Below are positions 24,023 through 37,525 of a stretch of DNA of 39,414 nucleotides, piece by piece; position 1 is the stretch's first letter; each line of letters starts with the position of its first letter. Both the position numbers and the translations under genes were made by a program. The notes beneath the pieces were generated by a model. That model did not search any database, had not been told where the DNA came from, and saw only the letters and a list, made by a program, of their open reading frames with translations. The stretch is from Basidioascus undulatus (lineage: Eukaryota), in NCBI GenBank assembly GCA_000826855.1, contig JTLS01000357.1, positions 1 through 39,414 of the forward strand, given 5' to 3'.

Positions 24023-25123
24023 TCACTCTTCCGGCTCCCACTCGTCGCACCCGGCCCAACTCAGCCACATTTCCCACTGGTCTTTCAGCATGTACAAACT
24101 TCGAAACTTGAGCAGCTTTGGCCTTTCTACGGCATATGAAATGATTAGCGCGAACTGGCGGGAGGAGAGCACCCGCGGCACGCCGTCACCGCCAGCGTCC
24201 AGCTCGCGAAGAATGGCGATCCGGACCTCCTGCGGGATGTTTGGCAAAGACGAATAGGTCTGATTGGGATGGCCTTGAGCGTGAAGAAAGATGCGAGCGG
24301 TGATCAAGACGAGGCGGGCGGTCTCAGAGCTGGCTTGAGCGAGGTCGCGGTTCCGGTTCAGGATGGCTTCGAATCGACCTCCGAGAGGCGTTAGGATCTC
24401 GATCCTGTAGCCCTCTTCGTCGTGGCCTTGGACATAGCACTCGTCCAGAGTCCCATGCACCAGGTTGTGGTGGCCGCTCTCGAGAGTGCTAAGGAGCAAC
24501 TCGACAGCGGCAGGCCCGAGGGCGCTGCGGGTGAGATCGAGTTGCCTCATGAGTCGAGCGTTCGGAGACGAGAGACATTTGATGAGTGCGTTCGAAAATG
24601 AATCGGGCCGGAGACCATGGTTCTCGACGCATGTTCACAAAGCGGGAGGCGGTCGCTCGAGAATAGGGAGCAAAGCTTCGACATGCGCCGGCTGGTCGGC
24701 GACGCTCTAGTCCGCCCAGTCGTCGTAATAGTCGCTCGCACCGAAAAAGTCCAAAGACGCACTGCAGACCCTCAGAGCCTCGCATATGGCCAGAAGTGCG
24801 GCGGGTCCGATCGAGTTGTTGCCGCCGATGCCGAGCGATTGGAGAAGGCCGCCCTTCGCGCGAAGCCAGCGAGCCAGTTCGAAACCGGCCTGGTCGCCGA
24901 GGTCGCATTTGTTGAGCTCGAGAATTTCGAATTGTCCGAAACCGCGAATAAGGATGGCCCCGCCCTCGTCCCCAAATCGATAACGAGAGAAGTTGAATCC
25001 TCGCTTGTGCTCGAGGTCGTGGCGCCAGCGAGAGGTCATGTAGCGGGCGAGCTCGACACCTTCGAGACCTTCGTGGTCGAGAATGACGATGGGGCTGTCG
25101 GAGACTGGTTTGAAGTCAAGCAT
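24023..25123 (-). CDS. RNI-like leucine-rich-repeat protein; frame interrupted by two stops (unresolved intron or pseudogene)
   Basis: LRR units FNFSRYRFGDEGG, LELNKCDLGDQAG, LGIGGNNSIGPAA, LDLTRSALGPAAV. ORFs 24707-25222 and 24023-24550 share a frame, with TAG at 24707-24709 and TGA at 24635-24637. Confidence 0.6.
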
Positions 25124-25751
25124 CGCACGATGGCGGTAAGGTCGAAAGTATGGCGGGGGGTGAAGGAGGCTAGAGAGGAAGAGAAAGTGAACCGTCGACT
25201 GAAGCACAGACCTTTGTTTCATTCCCCACAGCTGTCAAGTCGGCTTGGGCTTGGCGGTTGCACGGCCGAATTTTGTCATGTCACTGCAACACACTGCAAT
25301 CGCCATGGATGTAGGTCAACATCTTACAGCAAGTTTAGTGCGACTGTGTGCGACACAGCCGGTCATCATCTTGGAACGCCCGTCACGACAGTTTAACTTG
25401 CTGCGGTCGTTCAGCAGTACTCACACCAGGCCTTTATTATAGCCCACTCTTCGACGTAGCTGTGTTTCGTTCATCATCGTGTACGATTCATTAGTCAAGG
25501 GTATCAGAGGAAACTGCCGAACGATGCGGTGCGGAAGCGGCGGTGGCGGATAGCGGTAAAGACATGGTGGAAAATACGGCGGAGAGGGAATGGGTTGGAA
25601 ATGCGGGGAGTGGAAAGAGACGGCGATAAACAACACAAACATGCCAGGAGTGAGTGGGGAGATCTTCGTGTGCATCCGCGCGGACAGCACGGGGCGAGGG
25701 AGGGCAGAAGTGAGATGAGAGAGAAGGGAGCTGCGTCGCTGCGCGAGTTGA

Positions 25752-28297
25752 TCACCAGAGGATATAGCCGACGGCGAGAAGCGGCGGTCCGGCCATGAGG
25801 CCGAGCCAGAAGACGATGTTGCCGATCGTCTTGCGGCGCTTCACGGCGGGTATGCGGCCGATGGCGATCATGGGCAATTGGGCCATCTGCGAACGTGCTC
25901 GTAGTAAGTTCGAGCCCTGTCGGGGTATGCGAAGAGGATCTGACGTACCTGAAGAACGAAGAGGTACATCCTGCGAGGGGGCAAAACGTTATCAAACGCC
26001 GGCGGGCGAGAAAGAAAGCAGGGACAGCTTACCGAATCTTCTTGGTCACGACAGCCATGACGAGCTCGTGCACCAGTGACGACAGCAGGAAGGTGATGAG
26101 CGTCGCGGACTGCTTCGAGATCTTGTACGTCGCCATGGTCGAAGCATCTGGCACCGTCGGGGACGCCAAAAGCCTTCAGTCAGCTACCGTCCGACTGCAG
26201 CGGGCGAAATGATGGGCAAGACGAACAGACGTGGCGCAGCAGGAAGACGTGTACGGGCTTGTTCCACTTGCGGGCGAACTGGTCCCAGGATGTGGCATTC
26301 CACCTGTCGAGCAGTCAAGTCAGCTATTGAGCGACCGCTTCGATGAATGCAAGAACGACAAACCAGTCTTGATAGAACTCGCGGTCGGCGAAACTGGACA
26401 GAACGCTCAGCTGCTCGTGCGCTGCAGGCCTTTGTCTGAAGGCTGGCGTACCAGGAGATCTCGGCGAAGGCATTGCAGATGCACTCGAAGCTGCACGCAG
26501 TGCCTGCTGTCAACGCAGTATCAAGAAAGGGATGCAAATAGCGATGCACATGATATAGAAGCTGTGGTGAAAGACATGTGAAGGTCTGTCAGTCTGGCGT
26601 GGACGAAGGGGCAAGATGGGGCACGACGGACATGAGGACGTAGTTCAGCATGAAAGGCAGAGACAGGTCGAGCATCGTCCGCGCGAAGCTCTGGTCCGGC
26701 CGAGGCATCTTGGGCGAGATATAGTGCTCCGTGATGATGTCTGCGCATTGCCCGCGAATGAGTAAGTCTGCGACTGCGGAAATTAAACGAGCCAGACTGG
26801 TCGCCTACAGAGAAGAGTGAATGTGCCAAACGTCGCCAGCGTCTTCTCGAGGACGTAGGCGGGGCGGATCCTGCGTTGGTCATTTGAAAGCGGCAGTCAG
26901 ACCCGAAAAATTAAGAACGAAAAGCAGGAGTACGCACTTGTCCGTCCTCGGGTATTCCAGCTCGTAAACGAGCGTAGGCACGATGAGGTAGTCCGCAAAG
27001 TTGTAGTACGAGATGCTCTGCGGCCAGACGACCTTGTTCGGGCCCTTGCTCGTGAGCTCCGCCTTGAGCTCCTCGACCTCGCGCGCGAGGTCCGCGACGC
27101 GCGAGTCCGGGTGGTGCACGAGCGGGTGCTCCGGGAGGTCGGACGTCTTAGCGTGCGCGGGCGCCATCGCGGTAACGGGCGTCTGCGTGCCCGAGTCCGT
27201 CGGGGAGACGGCGCGCTGCCGCAGGGACGAAGACGCAGCGTCGACGAGGTCCTTCCCCATGGAGGTCGGCTCGGGTGTGGCGGTGCTTGAAGACGTGGAC
27301 GCCCTCGAGGCGGCCGTGGAGACCGACACGGCGTGTTCCCAGCCGCCTCCCGAGGTCTCGACGAGCTTGCGCAGGCGCGCCTCGGTGGAGCGGAGCTGCG
27401 CGCGCAGGGTGGCCATGTAGCCGTTCGTGGCGAGATAGGAGTGGATCTGCGAGTGCCCTTCCAAGCATGAGGACCCTTCGAGGAGCGATGAGGATAACAG
27501 CGCACCTTCATAAGCATTGTGAGCGCGTGCAAGGTGAAGAAACCAGCCTGAACCCAGGGCCAATTCCTAGACGCGACCAACCACCGCCTCAGATAAATCT
27601 TCTCTGCCCAGCTACGGAAACCTCATCCAGCGCCAGAATGCGAGAACATACCTCTTGAAAGTCCACATGACGGCAATCGCCAAATACACACCCTGGAGGA
27701 TGTGCTGGATGATCATGCCGGTCGGATTGTATCGAATCCATCCCCGCTCCAGCAGCTTGACGAAGGGGACACAGAGGAACATGCTCCCGACGAGCACGGC
27801 GTCGCTGAGCGCGAGGGTCTTCGCGTCGCGCGAGATGAGGGTGCCGAACGTGAGGCCGAGGATGCTTCCCGTCTGCTCGTAGCTCTCGACGAAGGTGCGG
27901 ATGACCATCATTGCGCTCGCGATCCAGAAGAGGGTGTAGAACCCGCGGAAAGTGTCCATCGCGCTCGTCGCATTCTCGCGGTCGAAGTGCGACGCCCGCG
28001 GCGTGAACGAGACGAGCGCACGCAGCTGCTTCGCGGAGGCGTTGGTGACGGGTCGGACGTGGACCGTGCCCCTGTCGGTCTCGAGGTGAGACGAGTGGGT
28101 GCGGCTGATCGTCTGCGGGGGCACTTTTCGCTTGTCGTCCGTGTCCTTGACGTCCACGACTGCGAGCACTGATCTGCAGAGGCGGAAGAGATCAGCGAGA
28201 CTGCAGCCTCGGGCTGGCCCCTAAGACAACGAGCGCACTCGGCCTGCCCTTTCCCTTTCGACGGGTGTGTATCCGGAGGGACGTTGAGGCCGTCCAT
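25752..28297 (-). CDS. ARE2: Sterol O-acyltransferase (ACAT/ARE, MBOAT family), multi-exon
   Basis: SFTPRASHFD, FRGFYTLFW, MK|IHSY, PTLVYELEYPRT, FECICNAFAEI, EFYQDW|WNATSWDQFARKWNKPVHVFLLRHV, catalytic-His motif SSLVHE, GNIVFWLG...YILW*. ARE1 versus ARE2 cannot be distinguished here. Confidence 0.93.
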
Positions 28298-29127
28298 GCT
28301 GTGGTCTAGCTGGGGTGTATCTGCAATGTAGATAGGGGGAACGCGATGGCGGTCGGGGGTCAAGAAGTGCAAGGAGAAGGCCAGGGAGTGAGCTGCGCCG
28401 GGCGGTGACGTCGGTTCTTTCCCCACGTGCGGGTTACGAGCGCCTGCTGACATGAGTAACTTTGACTGTGAACAGCGGAGAGTAGTTCATACGCTGAAAA
28501 AATGTTTGCTTCTGATTGTCAGCAAACAGGTTCTCTGGCAAAAGAGTAGCCGCGGCGGTGGGTGGTCGTGACCATTTCAGGCGTTTACCAAGACTACACG
28601 CGCCTGTGCGTGACAGCCTCGGCTGCCTATCGAAGACAGCTCTTGAGAAGCACTTTGGTGGAAAAGCAGCTGGAAAGATGCAGTAGTGATTGTATACAGC
28701 CACTCAGGTACGGAAGTACACTGCCATCACTGCTTAATAAGTCGGTCAAAGCGCTGCACTGAGGGCACGCTGCACGCTCTAAGGTTGCTTTGCCCAGCCT
28801 CTTCCTCAGCTGTCAAGGGAGAGAACCGTTCGAAAATGAACTAAGTGCAAATTAACCATTCAGACCTTCTCATTGCTCAGCTGGCATGCACCGGTACACT
28901 GTATTCGCAAGGAAGCGGTTGCAGCACACACTCTCGTGTGCTTCCGCAAAGAAAAAGCGTTGAGCGGCAAGGTAGAAAGATAGATGAAAACAGATTCTCC
29001 AGACTAAATAGTATGCTAACCCTCAGATTGCTAGGAACAAGACGCACACGAACCTAGACGTAGATACCATACATTCCGGAGACCTTCGCAGGCAGCCCTT
29101 CACCCCTTTCCTTGCCATCTGACTCCA

Positions 29128-29898
29128 TCATGCCCCCAGCACAATGATCTCCTTAACCCGCTCTAAGGCAGTGAGCTGAGCGGTACGAAGTGCATCTTCG
29201 GCCCCCGGATGATAGTAGAGCTCGGACACGATGAGCAGCTCGAGAGAGGGATTCTCGGCAATGTAGATCACATCTTCTGCGTCGCAATCCCCGAGAGTGA
29301 GCTCGCGCAAGCGAGCATGTCATAGATGCTCGACGAGATTCATCATGTGCGGCACAACTGGAACTGAAGCGGAGCCCCTGCCAGTTCTCGATGAACACGG
29401 TGAACGCCTCGTCAAAATTATGCTGGTTTTCCCACCACGTCGTAGACGACAGCGTGAACTCGTGCGGCCTAAGGCGGGCGAGAGCGCGCGCCAAGTCTAG
29501 CATAGCGGACATGGTGAAGGGCACCTCCCCCCAGGCGTCGAGGAAAGAAAGCGTCAGGTGTTGTCCGCGAGGGCAGCGCCGGGTGATCTCCGATATGGGA
29601 AGTTCTGCACCCCCGAGCTCGAGCTGCAGAGCGCGGACGTGGCGGCCGAGGTCGGAGCGGCTTGCGAGCGTCGAGCAAAAGGGGGCAAGCTGCTCCTTTG
29701 TCTGGAGGGCTATGTCGTTGAAAACGATCGGGTTGAGAATGTCTTCGAATACCCGGTTGACAAGACGGAGTGATAGAAGGAAGCGGCGCGCGTCATTTCC
29801 GAGCTCGATCGTGGGCGATGCGGCTGTGGAGCGCGAGGAATCGTGGGCGAGCGCCGAGAGATCATCTTCCAAAGTTCGATAGGAATGACAGGCGGCAT
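29128..29898 (-). pseudogene. F-box-like/LRR-like protein pseudogene
   Basis: MPPVIPIELWKMI, a 1-nt frameshift near 29860 into SALAH...LLSLRLVNRVFEDILNPIVF, a second frameshift near 29365, and in-frame TGA at 29320-29322. Confidence 0.7.
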
Positions 29899-31077
29899 GA
29901 GGGGCGACTGAGCGCGAGAGCTCGGTAAAGAAAAAGCATGAAGAGTTGGAAGGATGGGAGGCTATAGAGGCCTCTTCGAAAGGCGCGATGCTTTCGATTC
30001 GAGGAGGTGAGGATGGTGGCGTGACACAAGAAGCGAAAGCAGGCAGAAGGTGGGAGGGCCGTAAGTCACGAGAAATAACCTAATATACTACCGCTGCCTT
30101 ACCGTTGGTTGCACGTTTCGATTGATTGGCATGATTTTCATTTGAAAGCTCTGACGGTCTGGCATGGGTTGATGCATGTTCGTAAGCAGAGCATCCAGCC
30201 ACGCTAGGGGCGTACCTACGGCCCGTCAGCAGTAACCTGCCCTCGTCGGATCTAAGGAGGAGCGGACCTTACCCCCTCATAAGATACATTGACGGGTTGG
30301 AACAGCCTTGTTCTTCTCTCCGGGATGTGTCCGAAATAGACGCAGATGAGGCCGTTGAAGGTTGAGCTTGCTATCCTCCAACAGATTCAGAGCCCGCAAT
30401 CCACCGTTCCACGTTCTTAGCGTGTTCACATGATCTGCTCTTGGAAATTCCTATCATCCGAATTTGAACCACTTCGAAGGGTTTTGAAGGTCCCCGTCCG
30501 TACCTCTTCGCTATCTTCAGCCCACCCAATCCTATGCTGGGAGTGCGCTGCGATTTGACTCGAACCGTTGCGAAGAGTCCTTGACACCTTCCCGCCACGT
30601 TTATCGAATGGCTGCCTCCAGAACACGTTTGTAGGTGTTATTAATACTTTCTAAAGCAGGTGACGGACAAGCGAGTGCCTGTAGAAAGAAAGATGGCGTT
30701 TTGGGGGAAGGAACCTGTGCTGGGAGTACTGCGCGCTGGCTGCGTCTGCTTCCGACATCGTTTCGGTCACTGCAAGCATAGCAGAAAACCTTTGTTCTAG
30801 ATACACGCTTGTTCAGACAGCTCATTGTGGTACAGATAAAGGTATTAAACAAGATGAAGACAAATGTTCCTGCACCAAGCGGCGTTCATTCATCGACACC
30901 TATAAGTACACAAGTGCTTTCCTGCTCGCATGAATAGCACCGCTTTGTACAGATCGCAACGTCATTACGCACAGTCCTCTTGGCTCCCGTCCTATAAGTC
31001 GCTTAATGTGACTTTATTAGTCCGTCTTCACCTTTGACCTGCCGCTCACTTCTCACTTCACGGGAAGCGTCCTCATC

Positions 31078-32608
31078 GTGCGCGTCCTCACGCAACTTCC
31101 CCTCCTCATCGGTACCCTCGTCGGATCATCCATAGCCGCACACGCCAGCTTGCGAGCCTGGCTTGCCGTCTCGTCCCACGCTCGTCAAGTCGCTCCCTCT
31201 CAGGACGAGGCTACAGCGGCCGACAGGCGGCGCCGTCGACCGTGGTGGGACTTCCGGGGATGGCGTTACTTCGTCTCCCAGATTGTCACGTCGACCGTCT
31301 TCTCCACGTTCGCTCCGAACTTCCTGCGTTTGTCGCTCGGCACCAGTCGGAAACTCTTCGCTGGCTCCATCGCAGCCGTAGCTGGACTACACCTGGTGCG
31401 TATCTGTCGCTGTCTTGCTCACAAGCCTTCTCCAATCCGAGAAAACACTCATTTTTTAGGTTGGGACTCCCACCACAGCTGTGCGGAATCCAATTCCTTT
31501 TCGCACAAGTCCTGGAACCATCTTCCTTCGGCATCGTGACCGCGCAAGCAGACGGTAATGGCCGTGGTGCGTCCCCTGAGTCCTCGGATCGCTACGTGCA
31601 CAGGGATAGACAGAATGCTTACTTGCAGCCTGTTTCTTCTAAAACCAGAGCGGTACCACTTCACTCTCCTTGTGCCTGGACACTACGTAATGCTCGGCTG
31701 TCGGATCCCGAAATGGCTCTCTCTCTTCGTCACTTTCAGCTTGACCGCCCTCACGTTCGCCGCGCCAGGCTCGTCGGCGATGCGGACCCTGTCGGATCTG
31801 GCAGTCATCTCGGCGGTCCCAAGTCGGATGCCGCACATCTCACTTCGATCGCTGTTCCTGGGCTCGCTGGTGCTTGAGGTAGGACTGGAGACCAGATGGA
31901 TTGCTCCGCGCGCTGACCACGTTCAGACGAGTGCAGCTCGCTGGCGTTCTTCTTCTACTGGCCGGCATGCGTCCTGCATTGCTCCTCGAGAGCAACCTTC
32001 TCTTTCACTTTCGCCTCTGCCTCTCGGCCATCGATCACCCCGCCGCAGCCGGCATTCTCGCTGTCCTGCTGCGCCTGCTCACAGCGGCCTCCTACGGCGC
32101 GCTGGTGACTATCGCGACGGTGGCGTACCGCCTCGACTACTCTTTGTCCACTTTCGACACCCCCAGTCACCCGAACCATTCGTCGCCGCCAGTACTCGCA
32201 CCCGTACCCGCGCCCGGGCCCATGCCCACACCCTCGCCCGCACCTTTCGCCTCTCCATTCTCCAAACCCTACTTCTGGGCCGTTCAGCTAGCCATCGTAC
32301 TGTCGCAGATACTCGCGACTGCCGCCGTGCGCTACCCAGTCACGGTCCCGCCGTCCGGCAGCGGGGTACCGCCCGAGCAACTCGCCTCATCGCTTTTCGT
32401 GTTCCTCGTCTCCCTACACTCCTGGCTCTTCGCTTTCCCGCTCATCGTTATCGCTCTGGGGCTCGCTTCACTCGCACGAGGGGAGTGGGACAGGGTCTGG
32501 ACGTACAAGGAGGCTTGGGCTGGCGAGGTCGGCAGGGTGGCAGCCGCTGTGGATGGGGATGGAGCTGCCGCGAGGGAGGACAAGGAGGACAACGCTGGTA
32601 CGGCTTGA
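31078..32608 (+). pseudogene. Putative multi-pass membrane protein, probably disrupted
   Basis: Several hydrophobic segments over three ORFs with GTGCGT donors near 31396 and 31567. No ATG at the apparent start and a frame switch near 31900. C-terminus FAFPLIVIALGLASLARGEWDRVWTYKEAW. Confidence 0.45.
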
Positions 32609-33289
32609 GCGCTTATGACCGTTACTGTCCATATCTACCGAATCGAGCACTTCGAATCAAGTGGGCTGCATGCTTATGAAGTGCCTGCACACATCCTCAA
32701 CTGCCTATCGAAGAAAGCGGTATTTGAGACCTGTTTCTTGCTACCAATTTATTTAGACGTGCCGAATAGAATATAAGAAAAGGACTACAACCAGAATCAG
32801 CAAGGCAGCGCTCTCATTGCTTGACTCGGTGAACTCCAGCTTCGGTAGCGCTATGAGCGCAGTGCACACTGCGCTGGTATAATGTGCGGTTGTCTGGAGC
32901 CTCTTCCTGAACTACTCTTCTCATCTGCCCTCCGAAAAACAAACCGACATCCCAAACGGTCTTCAAAGTCACATCCATCGTTACAGCGGCCCGCACAGAG
33001 CGCTGTACAGAGAGTCCACTTTGCATGCTCTTTGTCCCACCGAGGTACCAAAAACTTCAAAAGAGGGTTTGAAATACGCCCTATCATGTCCATTCTGTAG
33101 AACGCTGCAAACAGTCCCTTGCGCACCTGGTGGGTTGTTTGCCACCAGCGCTGCCCAGAACAAAGCCGCAAGGCCGACAACCCTTCCTGGCTTTCTTCGC
33201 TCCCCTCCTGCTTCTCGCCTTGCCTGCATTCCTTTTCGCTATCTTTCCTCAACCAGCTTCGGTATTCCTTCCGCATTCCAGCCTCGGCG

Positions 33290-35257
33290 ATGACCCTCAG
33301 TAAGCGCCGCCGCCTCTTTCTCTGCTTCTCCTCCCCCTCACTCTGAGCCCCTCTCCTCCGTACAGCGGTCGGCCGCGCGGCCTCGCGCCTGACGCTCGTC
33401 TTTCTCTCCGGCCTCGGCGTCTACTACTCCTACACCGAAATCAGCCGCCGGCGCGAGGTCCGCCGGCGCAAGCACGCGTATGCGCGCTCTGAGCGCACCG
33501 ATCTGAGCGCGGCGGGCGCGGACGGGCGAGTCGAGCCCACCCCCGAGCGCGCTGCGGCGATTCGGGCGAGGTTCGCGAGCTACAAGTGCGGAGGCAGGTG
33601 GCAGAATCCCTTTGATGAGTGGAGGGAACAGGGTGAGCACGCTTTTTCCAAGCTCCTCCGAGAAATACGCCGAGTCCTGACACTGCCCACAGGCGCTTGG
33701 GAATGTCCGTCAACCCGCTCCTGCATTACTGACTGCCGAACGTGAAGCTGATGCGGGGCCGGACGAACAGGGGCTGTTTGGAAGATGGTCCTTTCCGTGA
33801 TCTCCCAGAAGCTCACCTTCAACGGCGGGCTGCCGGCGGATGGCCTGCACAGCCTCCCGGTCGAGCGCCCGGACTTTGAGCTCCTGTTTGGCGAGGGCAA
33901 GGGCGAGAAGGGCCTCGAGGAGTCGTGGGACCGGGTGGAAAAAGACAGCCAGCCGGAGCGGAGGGATACTTTCACCTGGGTGCGTGTGTTTCGTCTCTGG
34001 GGAATCTTGGGACGCCAGCGCAGCAGCTCACGGCGGTGTTGCGGCATGCAGATCGGACAGTCGACCTGCTTCGTCCAGCTGGACGGCATGAACATATTGA
34101 CGGACCCCGTCTTCTCGTTCGTATTTCTGCTGAGGCCTTTCGACCTAGGAACCCTCCGACTGAGGAATGCGCTCTGGATCTCACTCGCTGCGCAGCCATC
34201 GCACGATCGACTCGATGCTCGCGCCCGAGCGCCTGCGCCCGCCCGGGTGCACTCTCGTCGAGCTCCAGCCCGTCGACGTCGTCCTCCTCTCGCACAACCA
34301 CTTCGACCACTGCGAGGACGCGTCCGTGCGCGCGCTCGGCAACAGCGTCGTCTGGTTCGTGCCTGTCGGTATGGGCAAGTGGTTCGCCAAGCGTGGGATC
34401 CACAGGGTGCACGAGCTTGAGTGCGCGCTTTTATTGGGTGAATTCGGAGCACTGCAGCGGAGGCTGATCAGTTTCAATGAGGAATGCATAGCTGGTGGCA
34501 GTCTGCGAGGCTCCCCCACCCTCACGACCCGTCCAGGACGTTCGAAGTCGTCGCGACGCCGACGATGCACTGGGTGCGCCATTCCCTGCACCTCCGCCTT
34601 ATCTCAACAAGCTAACGGCTCCCCCTTACCGACAGAGCGCTCGCTCTCCCCTCGACACCAACACGACGCTGTGGAACTCGTTCCTCCTGCGCTCCTCGGG
34701 GCGCTCCTTCTTCCACGTAGGCGACACCGGCTACTCGCGCGAGCTCTTCGACGCCGTGGGCGAGATGGTCGGGCCCGTCGACCTCGCTGCGATCCCCATC
34801 GGCGCGTACGAGCCCGAGTGGCACCTCGGTGCGTGCATCCTCGAGTCGTGCGAGCTGCTATCGAATGCGGGGACTGATGCGGCTGGGGGTTTGGGTGCGG
34901 CGGCGCAGGCATTCAGCATACCAGCCCGGTCGGGTCGGTCGCGATCGCGCAGAGCCTGCGCGCGAAGAAGTCGATCGCTGTGCACTGGGGAACCGTGAGC
35001 GCTTCATTTCTCACTTTGCCCACGCCTTAAAGCTAATGTGTCTTTCTGCGGCCGGTCGGACAGTGGATCATGTCCGACGAAGCCTACGACCAGGTTCATA
35101 CCTGCTCTACCTCCCTGCCCGCAGTAGAACATCTCCTGATTATCTTTCGCTCTCTCCCTTCCAGCCGCCCAAGGACCTCGCTAAAGCGCGCGCAGCCATT
35201 GGGATGTCCGAGGAGGACTTCGAAGTCGTCCCCGTGGGCCGGACGCTCACTTTCTAG
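33290..35257 (+). CDS. FMP30: N-acyl-phosphatidylethanolamine phospholipase D / Fmp30-like metallo-beta-lactamase, multi-exon
   Basis: RWQNPFDEWREQG, FTW|IGQSTCFVQLDGMNILTDPVF, VVLLSHNHFDH, FFHVGDTGYS, AAIPIGAYEPEWH, IAVHWGT, GRTLTF*. N-terminal hydrophobic segment. Confidence 0.9.
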
Positions 35258-35908
35258 ACGCTTCCCTTCCTCCCTCCCCTCCCGCCTCGCCAGGGGCCCC
35301 CTCATCTGACAATCTCCCTCCCCTCTGTCTTTCGTCTTCCCCGTTCACCTCCCGTCCATCGCAAGTTGGTTACGCACCCTCGCACCCTCACCCCTTGTCC
35401 TTATTATAGACGCACACTCACTCGCACATGCACACGAGAACACGAGCATACGAACGCGCACAATGCATGCTTGCTTGCACCGATCTCAGTATTCAGATTC
35501 TGGGTGATGACGCATGCAGGAGGCGATGGAACTCGCGGCGCACGCGGATTAGACACGAGAACTTGGGAACAGGACATCCTTCGCTTTTGGGAGCATCTTG
35601 GGTTGGGGAAAAGCATATAGGTTGGTCATGCGTGCGGTGAGTGGATGGTGGCGCATGCCGCTCCCTGGACTGACAGGTTCAGTCGCAGGTGCTCGACATG
35701 TATTGCGCAAACCTGGCATTACAACTTCGCTTTGACGGTCCGCGGTGTCATTCCTTCGATATAAACAAGTCAATATACCAAGATCGGCGAAGAGGACCCT
35801 CCCGTGTTCCCACGTTTTCTTGAAGCACCACCATCACTTGCATGCCCCGCCGCCACCACTCTTGTTTTCCTTTTTCTTCCGTTCCTCTCTGCCCAGTCTC
35901 CCCGCTAC

Positions 35909-37525
35909 ATGACTTTCGGTAGCAATGCTCACAAGACGGCGCTCGTCCTCGACCTCTGCACGCCTTTTCTCGCTCTCGACAAGCTGAAGTCGCTCTCGCT
36001 CGCCTCCCGCTCGGTCTCGGCCTCCGCGCGCCCGCGTGTTCTGCGCTCGATCAACATCTTCCTTATGCACATGTCGGGCCTGTCGCAGGCGGAGGACGTG
36101 CGGAGAATCTGCGAGGGGAGATGGGAGGGCGCAAAGTTTGTCAAGTGCGATGCAAATCTTCCACTTTGTGCTAGCCTCATGCTGACGATTTGTTTTTTTC
36201 GAAGCGGACTTACTCTGAGCGCGAATCTGTGGAGCCTTCTCCCCTTCCTGGCGTGTATCTCACTTTCTACGACTGCGCCGCCACCATCGTCCGAGCTCTC
36301 CCCAACCTTCGTCACCTCGCCGTGTTCACTGTTTGGGGCACCGTGTCCGACTTGGAGACTTTCCCGCTTGCTGTCGCCGACTGCGCTTCACTTGTCTCCC
36401 TCGACCTCGGCAGCGGCAGTGGATGGCTCGCGTCCGTCACCTGCGCCCCTCCTCGCGATGAGCGCCTCGACATCCTTGGGGGGGGGGGCGGAGCCGAAAG
36501 GGAGGGTCTGGTCGCCCTCATCGCAAGCGCGGCGCCAACGCTCAAAGCGCTCAAGATCCGCTCGTTTCTGTACTCGACCCTGGTCCTTTCTACCCTGCTA
36601 CCGTCCAGTCCTCTTCCGTCTCTTCGAGCTCCGGATCCACCCTGAATTGCGCCACCCTGCCTCGTGGTGGCAGACTTTTCTTTCCGACCACCCGTCGATC
36701 GAGGTTCTCGAGCTATTCGCCGACGCCGACATCCCCTCTTTCTCTGACTGCCCCTCCCTCCGCCGCCTCCCCCTCGACCCGGATCTCACATGCGAGGCGT
36801 TGGCCCAGCACCTCGACACGCTGCCCAACCCGCACCTGCTCCGAGCGCTCCGTATGGAGCTCAGGCCCCAGTCGGACCACGAAGTTCTTAGGAGGCTCGT
36901 AGAGAAACTGGTCGACCTCGAAGAGCTCGTCGTGCATGGTTTCGAGGATGAGGACGAGAACTCCGTAGCTCACATCTTCTCACATTACCGTTCACCTGCA
37001 AACATCCTGCTGATCCTTCTTCCTGGCACTTTCACGCTGCTAGAATCTCATCGCCTCATTAATCTCGTCCCTCCCTTCCCCTCCGCTGCGTCCACGTCAA
37101 GGGCTGCTTGTCGCCGGTGTGCTGCTCCTCCGCGCCCCCGTGTCTGTTGAGCTGGCCGTAAGCCGTCAATAGAGAGTTCCCGGGGATTGAAGACATAGAC
37201 GACGCGGAATTCGACACACTTCAGGCAAAGGTCTACGAGGACGGCAACAGGCGGTCGACCCGATCCGGCCGGCGCTCCGCAGCGCGCTCGAAGACTTGGC
37301 GAGGAAGTCGACAAGCTGGAGAGGGTGTCGTGGCAGGAGTTTTTTGGCCCGGCGGCGTACAAGTTTGGTCCGGCCAGGTTTCCTCCGGCCTGGGGCAGCA
37401 GGATCAAGCGGAAGGGAGAGAAGGTAGGGCTGAGGGGTGGGTTCTACTCGGAGGTCGGCGAAGCTCGCTGGCGGGAAGACGGGTGGTTGGAGGACGGGAA
37501 AGAGCAGGTGGAGCTGGAACTATAA
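35909..37525 (+). pseudogene. F-box/LRR-like protein, near full length with at least one frameshift (about 36620)
   Basis: LVLDLCTPFLALDKLKSLSLASRSV, ALPNLRHLAV, APTLKALKI, HPSIEVLEL, LVDLEELVV. The coding frame switches between ORF 36190-36645 and ORF 35804-37150. Ends EQVELEL*. A sequencing indel is not excluded. Confidence 0.6.

Noticed and set aside
27010..27440. Long Ser/Thr-rich insert in the sterol acyltransferase
   Set aside because: Lies in the variable loop between the HSY and PTLVY motifs, where fungal ARE proteins commonly carry such inserts.
29950..31050. Short ORFs between the F-box remnant and the membrane-protein remnant
   Set aside because: No motif, codon bias or splice pattern supports a gene.
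25752..35257. ARE plus NAPE-PLD as a lipid-metabolism gene cluster
   Set aside because: Separated by about 5 kb of unrelated remnants, acting in different pathways, with no shared element seen.
36478..36488. G11 homopolymer as a phase-variation switch
   Set aside because: The frame is maintained across the run and the actual break is about 130 nt downstream. Homopolymer length is also error-prone in assemblies.
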